A stretch of 64,000 bases of DNA from Octopus vulgaris (taxonomy: Eukaryota). Position 1 is the first letter of the stretch. The number at the start of each line of letters is the position of its first letter. The stretch covers positions 9,796,001 to 9,860,000 of the forward strand of contig CATOCA020000001.1 of assembly GCA_951406725.2 (NCBI GenBank), written 5' to 3'. This document shows positions 14,990 to 28,748 of this stretch, one piece after another. Made by a program: the position numbers and the translations under genes. The notes under the pieces are model-generated. The model worked only from the letters and a program-made list of their open reading frames with translations. It was not told the DNA's origin and made no database searches.

Positions 14990-15517
14990 CTATCTATATA
15001 CAACGGGCTACTTTCTGTTTCGGTGTACCAAATCTACTCAGAAACGTTGGTCTGTCCGTGGCTATATTGGAAGACACTTGCCCATGGGGCCACGTAGTTG
15101 GACTGAACCAGAAACACCGTGTTTGGAAAGCAAGCTACGTAGCCACTCTTACTGCTACATTATATATATATAAATATATATATTATATATATACATATAT
15201 ATACATACGACAGTCTTCTTTTAGTTTCCGTCTCCCAAATCCACTCACAAGGCTTTGGTCGGCCCGAGACTATAGTAGAAGACATTTGCCCAACATGCCA
15301 CCCAGTGGGACTGAACTCGAAAACATTTGTTAGGTAAGCAAGCTAATTCTCATTCAGACACTACTGTTTGTTAACCGGACAAGTTCAAGGCGAGACCTAA
15401 TTGTTGGTCTGTCCGAGGCTATATTGGAAGACACTTGCCCATGGGGCCACGTAGTTGGACAGAACCAGAAACACCGTGTTTGGAAAGCAACCTACGTAGC
15501 CACTTTTACTGCTACAT

Positions 15518-15570
<53 letters not shown>

Positions 15571-15571
15571 C

Positions 15572-15618
<47 letters not shown>

Positions 15619-15619
15619 C

Positions 15620-15652
<33 letters not shown>

Positions 15653-17551
15653 CATACGACATTCTTCTTTTAGTTTCCGTCTCCCAAATCCACTCACAAG
15701 GCTTTGGTCGGCCAGAGACTATAGTAGAAGACATTTGCCCAACATGCCACCCAGTGGGACTGAACTCGAAAACATTTGTTAGGTAAGCAAGCTAATTCCC
15801 ATTCAGACACTACTGTTTGTTAACCGGACAAGTTCAAGGCGAGACCTAATTGTTTGTATGCAAATGAGTTCATTAATGTGATCCGAAACTTTCACGGCTG
15901 GTTCTTATGAGACAATGCAACCAGCTTGGGTATAGGTGGACTGTGCTCACACACGCACAAACACTCACACGTCCACACCCACGAATATAGATACATGCAA
16001 AGACGCAATCTCGTACCTATTTATGTTTTAAATATGTTGACCTTAAAACTGAGACATTCTGGAAACAGACGTCCGCACTCATGCACAGAGATACATGCAT
16101 ATACGCAAACTCGTAGTTATTTATGTTTTAAACATGTTGACCTTTAAACCGTGACATTCTGTGTCTGTTTGTGCGCGCATTTCTGTGAGAATGATTGCTC
16201 ACGAACCGCAATGTGCTGAGCTCAAACCAACAGCGTTGCACCTTCGGCAAGTGTATTCGACTATAGCCTAGGGCCGACCAATGTATTCTGAGTGGAGTTT
16301 GTAAAGGGAAACTAAAAGAAGCCGTCGTATACATGAATATCGACGTGTGAATGGCTATGTTCTAAGTAGTTTGCTTACGAACCACATGGTTTCGGGTTCA
16401 TTCCCACTGCCTGTCATCTTCTGCAATTGTCTACTATTGAAGCCCAGGGCCTAGCTAATCCTTGTGATGGGATTTAGTGGAAGAAAACTGACAGAATCTC
16501 GTCGTACATATGTTTAAATGTGTGTGTGTGTGTGTGTGTGTGTGTTTGTTTGCACTCGAAGGGCACACGAGAATGCACGGACGCACGTACTATCACACAT
16601 ACAGATGCAAGTTTTCTTAATAAAACGGAAAGAACTCCCATTCCATACCTTACAGTTTCTTTTTTGTTTTAGATACTACATATATGTGTGTTGGTATATT
16701 CACGTATATCTGTATATATATATATATATATATATATACGCTATATATATACGACATATAAATACACAAACACATACATGTGTATGTGTGTGTGTATATA
16801 TATATAAATGTGCAATAAGTTGAACTTATTTTGATTTAGTATTTAGTGATCTCAAATGTGGGTATCTTACAAATGGTCAAAGTGTTTGTTGTAGTTGTAA
16901 GTGTTGCACACGCACAAACAAATAGAAACACTCAGTCGCTCACACAGAAATAAAAACACTCTCACACACAAACACTGAAATGAAAATACCCACACTCACA
17001 TAAATAAAAACAGTCCCACACACACAAGGAGCCCCAATAGGTCTATTAAAAAAGTTTCTAGTATTTTTTCTAGCCCATAATTTATGATAATTGAAATTCT
17101 TACAATGAATAAATACCTACTAAATCAGTATATCGAACATTACGTCCCCGTAACTTATCGGTTCTGCAAAAGAGACCTATACATTAAGTAATAGGCATAC
17201 AAAGAATAATTCCTGGGGTTGATTTGCTTCACTAAAGGCGGTGCTCCACAATGGTCACAGTGAAATAACTGAAAGGGTCTAAGAGCGACAAAGTGTATAT
17301 TACGAAGACTACATACTTAAGGGAGATAACTACAAAGTATCTTCTACAGTTACCTCCCTTGAATATTATAATTTAACAATAAAAAAATATGAAGAGAAAT
17401 CAACTCTCGGAAGGGAGATAACTAGATAACATCTTCCAGAGTTACTTTCCTTACATACAATTATTTTACTTTTAATAAATTATAATGAGCAAGAGGAAGT
17501 AACTTTCGAATATATTATTCAGACGTGACATAGATTTTACGATTTTTTAGA

Positions 17552-17609
<58 letters not shown>

Positions 17610-19673
17610 CTATCTATATACCACGGGCTACTTTCTGTTTCGGTGTACCAAATCTACTCAGAAACGTTGGTCTGTCCGTGGCTATATTGGAAGACACTTG
17701 CCCATGGGGCCACGTAGTTGGACAGAACCAGAAACACCGAGTTTGGAAAGCAAGCTACATAGCCACTCTTACTGCTACATATATATATATATATATACAT
17801 ATATATACATACGACATTCTTCTTTTAGTTTCCGTCTCCCAAATCCACTCACAAGGCTTTGGTCGGCCCGAGACTATAGTAGAAGACATTTGCCCAACAT
17901 GCCACCCAGTGGGACTGAACTCGATAACATTTGTTAGGTAAGCAAGCTAATTCCCATTCAGACACTACTGTTTGTTAACCGGACAAGTTCAAGGCGAGAC
18001 CTAATTGTTTGTATGCAAATGAGTTCATTAATGTGATCCGGAACTTTCACGGCTGGTTCTTATGAGACAATGCAACCAGCTTGGGTATAGGTGGACTGTG
18101 CTCACACACGCACAAACACTCACACGTCCGCACAAACGAATATAGATACATGCAAAGACGCAATCTCGTACCTATTTATGTTTTAAATATGTTGACCTTA
18201 AAACTGAGACATTCTGGAAACACACGTCCGCACCCAGGCACATAGATATATGCATATACGCAAACTCGTAGCTATTTATGTTTTAAACATGTTGACCTTT
18301 AAACCGTGACATTCTGTGTCTGTTTGTGCGCGCATTTCTGTGAGAATGATTGCTCACGAACCGCAATGTGCTGAGTTCAAACCAACAGCGTTGCACCTTC
18401 GGCAAGTGTATTCGACTATAGCCTAGGGCCGACCAATGTATTCTGAGTGGAGTTTGTAGAGGGAAACTGAAAGAAGCCGTCGTATACATGAATATCGACG
18501 TATGAATGGCTATGTTGTAAGTAGTTTGCTTACGAACCACATGGTTTCGGGTTCATTCCCACTGCCTGTCCTCTTCTGCAATTGTCTACTATTGTAGCCC
18601 AGGCCCTAGCTAATCCTTGTGATGGGATTTAGTGGAAGAAAACTGACAGAATCTCGTCGTACATATGTTTAAATGTGTGTGTGTGTTTGTTTGCACCCGA
18701 AGGGCACACGAGAATGCACGCACGCACGTACTATCACACATACAAATGTAAGTTTTCTTAATAAAACGGAAAGAACTCCCATTCCATCCCTTAGTTTCTT
18801 TTTTGTTTTAGATAATACATATACGTGTGTTGGTATATTCCCATATATCTGTATGTGTATATATATAAATATATAAATATATATAAATATTTATATATAT
18901 ATATATACGACGCAATATACGACATATAAATACACAAACACATACATGTGTGTGTGTGTGTGTGCGTGTATATATATAAATGTGCAATAAATTAAACTTA
19001 TTTTGATTTAGTATTTAGTGATCTCAAATGTAGGTATCTTACAAATGGTCAAAGTGTTTGTTGTAGTTGTAAGTGTCGCACACACACAAACAAATAGAAA
19101 CACTCAGTCGCTCACACACTCGCGCACGCAGAAATAAAAACACTCTCACACACAAACACTGAAATGAAAATACCCCCACTCATATAAATAAAAACAGTCC
19201 CACACACACAAGGAGCCCCAAAAGGTATATCAAAAAAGTTTCTAGTATTTTTCCTAGCCCATAATTTATGATAATTGAAATTCTTACAATGAATAAATAC
19301 CTACTAAATCAGTATATCGAACATTACGTCCCCGTAACTTATCGGTTCTGCAAAAGAGACCTATACATTAAGTAATAGGCATACAAAGAATAATTCCTGG
19401 GGTTGATTTGCTTCACTAAAGGCAGTGCTCCACAATGGTCACAGTGAAATAACTGAAACAGTCTAAGGGAGATAACTACAAAGTATCTTCTACAGTTACT
19501 TCCCTTGAATATTATAATTTAACAATAAAAAAATATGAAGGGAGATTAACTCGCGGAAGGGAGTTAACTACATAACATCTTCCAGAGTTACTTTCCTTAC
19601 ATACAATTATATTACTTTTAATAAATTATATTAGCAAGAGGAAGTAACTTTCGAATATATTATTCAGACATGG

Positions 19674-19729
<56 letters not shown>

Positions 19730-19895
19730 CTATCTATATACCACGGGCTACTTTCTGTTTCGGTGTACCAAATCTACTCAGAAACGTTGGTCTGTCCGAG
19801 GCTATATTGGAAGACACTTGCCCATGGGGCCACATAGTTGGACAGAACCAGAAACACCGTGTTTGGAAAGCAAGCTACATAGCCACTCTTACTGC

Positions 19896-19953
<58 letters not shown>

Positions 19954-20813
19954 CGGCAGTCTTCTTTTAGTTTCCGTCTCCCATATCCACTCACAAGGCT
20001 TTGATCGTCCCGAGACTATAGTAGAAGACATTTGCCCAACATGCCACCCAGTGGGACTGAACACGGAAACATTTGTTAGGTAAGCAAGCTAATTCCCATT
20101 CAGACACTACTGTTTGTTAACCGGACAAGTTCAAGGCGAGACCTAATTGTTTGTATGCAAATGAGTTCATTAATGTGGTCCGGAACTTTCATGGCTGGTT
20201 CTTATGAGACAATGCAACCAGCTTTGGTATAGGTGGACTGTGCTCACACACGCACAAACTCTCACACGTCCACACCCACGAATATAGATACATGCAAAGA
20301 CGCAATCTCGTACCTATTTATGTTTTAAATATGTTGACCTTAAAACTGAGACATTCTGGAAACACACGTCCGCACCCAGGCACAAAGATACATCCATATA
20401 CGCAAACTCGTAGCTATTTATGTTTTAAACATGTTGACCTTTAAACCGTGACATTCTGTGTCTGTTTGTGCGCGCATTTCAGCGAGAATGATTGCTCACG
20501 AACCGCAATGTGCTGAGTTCAAACCAACAGCGTTGCACCTTTGGCAAGTGTATTCGACTATAGCCTAGGGCCGACCAATGTTTTCTGAGTGGAGTTTGTA
20601 GAGGGAAACTGAAATAGCCGTTGTATACATGAATATCGACGTATGAATGGCTATGTTGTAAGTAGTTTGCTTACGAACCACATGGTTTCGGGTTCATTCC
20701 GACTGCCTGTCATCTTCTGCAATTGTCTACTATTGTAGCCCAGGGCCTAGCTAATCCTTGTGATGGGATTTAGTGGAAGAAAACTGACAGAATCTCGTCG
20801 TACATATATTTAA

Positions 20814-20859
<46 letters not shown>

Positions 20860-21020
20860 CTTTGCACTCGAAGGGCACACGAGAATGCACGCACGTACTA
20901 TCACACATACAGATGCAAGTTTTCTTAATAAAACGGAAAGAACTCCCATTCCATCCCTTACAGTTTCTTTTTTGTTTTAGATACTACATATACGTGTGTT
21001 GGTATATTCACGTATATCTG

Positions 21021-21078
<58 letters not shown>

Positions 21079-21993
21079 TATATAAATATATATAAATATA
21101 TATATATATATAAATATATATACGACGCAATATAAGACATATAAATACACAAACACATACATGTGTGTGTGTGTGTGTGCGTGTATATATATAAATGTGC
21201 AATAAATTAAACTTATTTTGATTTAGTATTTAGTGATCTCAAATGTGGGTATCTTACAAATGGTCAAAGTGTTTGTTGTAGTTGTAAGTGTCGCACACAC
21301 ACAAACAAATAGAAACACTCAGTCGCTCACACACTCGCGCATGCAGAAATAAAAACACTCTCACACACAAACACTGAAATTAAAATACCCACACTCACAT
21401 AAATAAAAACAGTCCCACACACACAAGGAGCCCCAAAAGGTATATCAAAAAAGTTTCTAGTATTTTTCCTAGCCCATAATTTATGATAATTGAAATTCTT
21501 ACAATAAATAAATACCTACTAAATCAGTATATCGAACATTACGTCCCCGTAACTTTTCTTTTCTGCAAAAGAGACCTATGCATTAAGTAATAGGCATACA
21601 AAGAATAATTCCTGGTGTTGATTTGCTTCACTAAAGGCGGTGCTCCACCATGGTCACAGTGAAATAACTGAAATAGTCTAAGAGCGACAAAGTGTATATT
21701 ACGATAACTACATACTTAAGGGAGATAACTACAAAGTATCTTCTACAGTTACTTCTCTTGAATATTATAATTTAACAATAAAAAAATATGAAGGGAAATT
21801 AACTCTCGGAAGGGAGATAACTAGATAACATCTTCCAGAGTTACTTTCCTTACATATAATTATATTACTTTTAATAAATTATAATGAGCAAGATAACTGC
21901 TCTCTCTAGTGAGTCGGATGTCCCATTATGGCCATCCCATATATGTTTAAATATCTATATGTATATACATATATCTATCAATATATACCTATG

Positions 21994-22056
<63 letters not shown>

Positions 22057-22124
22057 TTTATTTTAAGCAGCAGAAAATTCAGTACTCTTTTTTCCACCTT
22101 GTTTCACATTTATGTGTTTACTCC

Positions 22125-22172
<48 letters not shown>

Positions 22173-22336
22173 ATCTATATACCACGGGCTACTTTCTGTT
22201 TCGGTGTACAAAATCTACTCAGAAAAGTTGGTCTGTCTGAGGCTATATTGGAAGACACTTGCCCATGGGGCCACGCAGTTGGACTGAACCAGAAACACCG
22301 TGTTTGGAAAGCAAGCTACATAGCCACTCTTACTGC

Positions 22337-22378
<42 letters not shown>

Positions 22379-22928
22379 CGACAGTCTTTTTTTAGTTTCC
22401 GTCTCCCAAATCCACTCACAAGGCTTTGGTCGTCCCGAGACTATAGTAGAAGACATTTGCCCAACATGCCACCCAGTGGGACTGAACTCGGAAACATTTG
22501 TTAGGTAAGCAAGCTAATTCCCATTCAGACACTACTGTTTGTTAACCGGACAAGTTCAAGTCGAGCCCTAATTGTTTGTATGCAAATGCGTTCATTAATG
22601 TGGTCCGGAACTTTCACGGCTGTTTCTTATGAGACGATGCAACCAGCTTGGGTATAGGTGGACTGTGCTCACACACGCACAAACACTCACACGTCCACAC
22701 CCACGAATATAGATACATGCAAAGACGCAATCTCGTACCTATTTATGTTTTAAATATGTTGACTTTAAAACTGAGACATTCTGAAAACACGTCCGCACTC
22801 ATGCACATAGATACATGCATATACGCAAACTCGTAGCTATTTATGTTTTAAACATGTTGACCTTTAAACCATGACATTCTGTGTCTGTTTGTGCACGCAT
22901 TTCTGTGAGAATGATTGATCACGAACCG
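14288..22928. repeat. Tandem array of four ~2.2-kb composite units (SINE heads and tails plus microsatellites)
   Basis: The unit start GTGCAATAA(A/G)TT(G/A)AACTTATTTTGATTTAG occurs at 14288, 16810, 18982 and 21197. Unit 1 has an internal ~360-bp duplication and unit 4 is truncated at ~22928. Confidence 0.93.
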
Positions 22929-22929
22929 T

Positions 22930-23023
22930 AAATTTTGGAGTCAATACGACGGGATGTAGTGGTCTTTAAACCGTTCCAGACAAACAAACAAACAAACTTT
23001 TCGCATTTCAGTTTTATAAATAG

Positions 23024-23024
<1 letters not shown>
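22930..23024 (-). mobile_element. Possible 5' end of a non-autonomous Helitron-like element
   Basis: Minus strand reads TCTATTTATAAAACTGAAATGCG..(GTTT)n, similar to the A|TC..TATAAA starts of the other Helitron-like elements in this window. Confidence 0.4.
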
Positions 23025-23069
<45 letters not shown>

Positions 23070-23073
23070 TGCT

Positions 23074-23520
<447 letters not shown>

Positions 23521-23802
23521 GAGTGAAAGAGTAATTAGCGAAAACAGTGTATATTCTGTTGTGTCTGGGGATAGTCTTTCTCTTTTAGTGCCTTATTATT
23601 AAATACACACTCACCAGTAAAAATTCAAGGAGTGATATTAGTAGAGGCCAGAGCCCATGGAGAACTAGCCCGTAGATTTAGAAAAGCTCTGAAAGAGACC
23701 AAACTCAACATTAAAATTGTTGAAAAGCCAAGGAACTCCGTCAGGTCACAATTATGAAGGACATGCCCGTTTAAGAATACCATATGCACAATTGATAACT
23801 GC

Positions 23803-24087
23803 ATGGCATGTAGAATTAGCCCTGGTATTAACTGTAGAACTCGAAATGTAGTTTACAATATAAGATGCATAGAAGGTGCTTGTAAGGACATGAACATGAT
23901 GTACATAGAAGAGACGTCTAAGAGCATTGCGGAACGGATAAATGAACATTTAAGACAACTTGACGACAGAAAACAGTCTTCTATACTCTACCAACATGCC
24001 AAAGACCACCATGGAGATAACTTGGATCAACCTGACATCCGTATCTTATCCAAGCACCCAGCCCCCATCCCTGCTTTTCAATGCTAA
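23803..24087 (+). pseudogene. GIY-YIG endonuclease relic of a Penelope-like element
   Basis: NCRTRNVVYNIRC..MYIEETSKSIAERINEH..LYQH parallels [30 protein letters not shown] in the intact PLE of this window. Confidence 0.7.
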
Positions 24088-24305
24088 ACCCGATATAAAA
24101 CAGTCATCAACACTATAAATAAACCTGTTCAATCTCTACTCTCCTCATCACCCCAAATCCCAACCTCTAGTTCAAACTTTGATCTCTTACTTGACTATTC
24201 TCTCTAAAAACCCTTCACAAATCCTCAAGCTGACCCTAATATAGACTAAACTCTGAAAACCAATCCTAACAGTAAACCCACACCAAAATAAGAAAGACCA
24301 CTTAC

Positions 24306-24322
24306 CTTTGGCCATTTGGGAT
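24306..24322 (-). CDS. Candidate 17-bp micro-exon (..PKWPK) of the same gene
   Basis: ttgtattatag|ATCCCAAATGGCCAAAG|gtaagt: strong donor, phase-compatible with the 41-bp exon. Confidence 0.3.
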
Positions 24323-24971
24323 CTATAATACAAGGCATGATATGCAAACAACAAGCAAAATATCAACCAACATTTGAAAGTCAAGTTTTATCTGTGTCAA
24401 ATCATGATATACACTTGTTTAATAAATACAGTTGTCCTTACATTTACACAGTACATTGCTTCCACAAGTCATCAAACTAATCATTCTGATGCGAAATCAA
24501 TTGTTTTTATTTATAAATAGAAACAAATTAATTATTGAAATTAATATAAGAAATACAATTAACGTGTATGTGTGTCATCATCATTTAACATTCGTTTTTC
24601 ATGTTGTCATGGGTTGGACTATTTCACACTATCTGAGATGAATTACTACACGTACATCTAATGTCTGTTTTCACATGGTTTCTATGTCTGAGAAAAGTTT
24701 TGGTAACACTGACACTAGTAAAATTAAAAAGTAAATTTCAAGGATGAGTGGACTGCTAGTAGTGAGAGAGGTGGCTTCATCCTAACCTGTAGTATGATAG
24801 AGAGACAGGCAGAGGTGTGTCGCTGTAGAGAAAGTACATGGCTACCCTGCATATATGTATGTATATAGGTAGACATCGATTAGAGCGCTTTCTCATTGCT
24901 AATATGTTAACATATGCCTGATGTGTGCTTTAAAAATAAAGTGCTTGCACTGGCACTAATTTCTTCAGATG

Positions 24972-25213
24972 ATGAAAATCACGGAGAGGATCATAGCCCA
25001 ACTTATTAGGAAAAGACTTAATCTAGATGAGATGCAATTTGGTTTTGTATCAGGAAGAAACACCAGTCATGATATATTTCTGGTAAGAAACCCCAGGAGA
25101 AGTACCTAACCAAGTATAAACCTATGTACTTGACTTTTGTTGGTATCATAATCATTCAGGTAATAACAGATAAATATAAAACAGGCAGACCCTAGCAACT
25201 CCTCTATGCTGAT
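24972..25213 (+). pseudogene. Decayed RTE-clade LINE RT, left part, ending in ..LLYAD
   Basis: Translates as MKITERIIAQLIRKRLNLDEMQFGFVSGRNT..DIFLVR..QEKYL..KPMYLTFV, then IIQVITDKYKTGRP*QLLYAD. Confidence 0.8.
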
Positions 25214-25397
25214 TACAGGATTACAACTAAACACACATATATTACAATTTATTACATTACATTCAATTCGCCATATATTATTCATTTTATTATCCATCAT
25301 CTTTCCCTTCACATTTCAGGTATACTGAAGACCCTTTACTCATTGCTTCAGACTGCATAAAATATTGGTGAAAGCAAACAGTTGTCAGACTTATTTA
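25214..25397 (+). repeat. 5' LTR
   Basis: TACAGGATTACAAC...CAGACTTATTTA aligns end to end with 26957-27144. Confidence 0.78.
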
Positions 25398-26956
25398 TGA
25401 CAAAAAGCGAGTCAGTATGACCAACGTACCCTGTCCTACACCTGATTGTGCCATGAGTTGGCCTGTAAACAATCCATGGGAGAGAGTACTGACAAGCCTC
25501 ATCGATCATCTGCAACAATGACACAGAATGTATGCACCTGCCACCTACAACAAATACAACCCCCTCCTCCAACTACACTACCATTCCCAGCCACTGAGGA
25601 AAAACGTTGTCGCCTGAGGAAGTAGCTGCTACAATACTACAGCTCCAGCACATTCAACGTCTGCAACCATCGGCAATTCTCCAAGATGTCTGACCAACCG
25701 ATCCGCTTAATGCTAAACCAGTCGCCCACACCAGTCCTGGTTCATTGGCAAGAGGAAGTAAAAGCAGGTCTCGACCGGAATGTTCCACTTGGAGTTATCA
25801 AGCCTATTCCCATTGGTACATCTGTCAATTGGTGACAGACAATGGTGGTATGTCCTAACAGGTCTGGAAAACCATCTTAAAGGAGCATCGAATGGCGCAC
25901 AGGCACTTAACACTGCCCTATCAGCTATGAGCTGACATTGTACCTTCTTCCACAATTGGGGAGAATCACCGCCATTGCATTTCCCCATGACAACTGCCGC
26001 GCCAAAGTCGGTATTGAGACAATAAAGGGCCTCGTTACAGACAACACTGACACCAATGGCTTCCTTAACACTGACAGTTTCCAGTGCACAATGCTACAAT
26101 AAAGAAATACACCTGACTGGGACACACACTTGTCCCCAGCCATGTGCATCTTTGGCAGCCCTATACAATACTTTATTCCCATCCATCCCGGCAAGTACAA
26201 GCTACATTCCACATGGCATGAAACTATGACTTATTGAAAAGAAGACCTGCGTAAACACAACATGAGTGCTACTGAACGGTTGTCAAAACACACATGCTCA
26301 CTTCTTTCGAACTATGTCCTAATCCAGAGCCAAGTTTGACCCAATCCTACAAATGGGGGGAAAACTGGTGCCATTTAGATGTACATCATTTCGATCCGTA
26401 CATGTTGAGAGTGGATGGATCAGGCCAAGTCACACTGTGCAACAAAATTCCTCTGGAAGTATCTACTGCTTCTTCCCCATGGCCCACTGCTCATGGTGTC
26501 TGGACCACATGCGTTCCCTACGCCAACACCAGTGATGAGACTACCTTCTCAAACGACTTTAACAGCACCTCATGCAGCTGCAACACCAATGCCCACTTCC
26601 CGATTCCAAAATTACCATGACCAGAAAAGCATCTCACCGCCTACCCACAGAGCCACGCCAACTTACCCCACCTTTACCACAAGTGGTCATACCCCAACAC
26701 CCCTTGAAACCCCTGCTTTCCAAAAGCAACCCTTGCCTGATGCAGTTTATCCTCCATCCAGCAATTGTCCTGTTTGTCGCTCTGCCAGACTCGCAAAGAC
26801 TGACACAAAAGCCTGATGCACAACTGACACGTTGCTCCTTGATCGTCACACCGTCAATATTGATTAAGGGTCTCTTGCACTAATTATTATTTTCGTTAAT
26901 CATTTAATACATATTATTAGTCTTCTTTGCTTCTCTCAAAGGAATTGGGGAGGGCA

Positions 26957-27144
26957 TAGAGGATGACAACTGAACACTCATATATTATCATTTATTACAT
27001 TACATTCAATTAGCCATACATTATTAGTTTCATTATCCAAATATTTTCCTTCACGTTTCATGTATACCGAGGACCTTCTTTTTCATTGCTTCAATCAGTG
27101 TACATAAAGTGTTTGTGAAAGCAAAGAGTTTTCACACTTATTTA
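26957..27144 (+). repeat. 3' LTR
   Basis: TAGAGGATGACAAC...CACACTTATTTA, preceded by a polypurine tract. Confidence 0.78.
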
Positions 27145-27149
27145 CTAAT

Positions 27150-27700
27150 GAGCTTCTTCTTATAGCTAAATCACTACCAGAACTAGAGAACAAATTGTGC
27201 GTACGGAAGCAAGGTCTAGAATTGAAAGGTCACAGAATTAACCTACCCAACCCTAACACAAAGTCTTAGTAAGTAGGAAAACAGATAAATCGTAAAGCCC
27301 TTCAGGTACATGGCCATCCTCAATATGAAGGAAACAGGTAGGTAGATGTACTCTGTATAACACATAATAGGTGTAGCAATATCAGAGGAAGGTAAACTGG
27401 GAAAATATTTTTTGCATGTGGAAGGTGCACATGTACAGTAAACACTAAAAGTGTACAGAAAATGGGCTTCATCAAATACCAGAGGAGTACAATAAAGATT
27501 GTTGAGCAACAAAGTCAGTAGCAGAGGTGGATGAACCAAGAGTGAGGCTGCAAGAATAAAAATAGGCTGAGCAAATTCAGAGAGCTCCTTCCTCTGTTTA
27601 GTAACTAAGGGTCTCTCCTTCAGAGTGAAAGCCAGATTTATTATACCTGTGCAGACAACTATGCTACATGGCAGAAGAAGTAGACATAAGAAGGCATTGG
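27150..27700 (+). pseudogene. Decayed RTE-clade LINE RT, right part
   Basis: Resumes as ELLLIAKSLPELENKLCVRKQGLELKGHRINL right after the LTR element. Later RTE-like ..KFRELLP..TKGLSFRVKAR..TMLHG remnants. Confidence 0.75.
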
Positions 27701-28748
27701 ACAAGGTGGTAATGCATGATCTTTGACTGTTGGAACTTATAAAGGCAATGACTAATGACTGACACCTTTCATGACATGCCGTGCCTTAGAAGACAATATA
27801 TTGTAATTAATTTCCCATCAATTAATTTTTTCACAACCCCTGCCCACAACACTCATGGAGTGCTTGATGTTAAGAAGGGCATCCAGCCATAGAAACAATG
27901 ACAAATCAAGACTGGAGTCTGCTGCAGACCCTCAGCTTACAGCCCTGATGAAACTGTCCAACCCAAGCCAGCATAGAAAATGGACATTAAATGATGATGA
28001 TGATGATGAGGACAATTCTTTTTGTAAAACTTTTACATTTGATGCTGAACATCTAGTTTAAAGTTAATTTTATACATTGAATTTTCATTTCCAGTGAAAT
28101 CAATTTTAATATTTCAAATTCAAAAATATTTAACAAAATATAATGAGAAACTGAAGCAAGTACTACTTCTATATTTGTAAAAACAAAAACAAAAAGAAAG
28201 AAATAGAGGAAAATGAGCAAAATTGTGCTAAAGTGAAACTAAGAAACAATACTGTGTAAGGCAAGAGACGACTGTATTTTATGAAAGTACCATATTGCAT
28301 AAACACAAAAAAAGAAACTATTGCAGAGGGAATTAAACTGAAACAGATATCAACATGACACACACAACCCATGCTAGTATGGATAAAATGATTAGATACT
28401 TCTGTCGAGAGAAAATTCAGTGACAATCTTATGCAACCAACAATAACCTCAAACTTATCAGATTATTGTAGATGAGCAACAACTCAAGAAAACCTGTCAA
28501 AATTCTATGTTCTTACAATGAATTAATTGCAAGTATTTAAGTATGTAGACAACATAATTTCATGTTTTATATGCATCAATACATGTGTAAAAATAAGTCT
28601 CATAACTACGTTCATTTTTCCATCCTAGCATGAGTTTGAAAAATATAAGATTTAATAGTTGGGTAACGTTGTCGTAGCTAATGCTAATTTTCTACTAAAG
28701 GTTTTCTTTTTCTTTCAAAGTGCAGTTGTAACAAATGATACATTTGTA

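Larger units (their letters stand above)
25214..27144 (+). mobile_element. Internally deleted, decayed Gypsy/Ty3 LTR retrotransposon
   Basis: Two diverged ~185-bp direct repeats (25214-25397, 26957-27144). Purine tract AAAGGAATTGGGGAGGG precedes the 3' LTR. Contains an RT N-terminal relic (VHWQEEVKAGLDRNVPLGVIKP) and an integrase relic ([30 protein letters not shown]). Probable TSD CTGAT/CTAAT. Confidence 0.82.
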
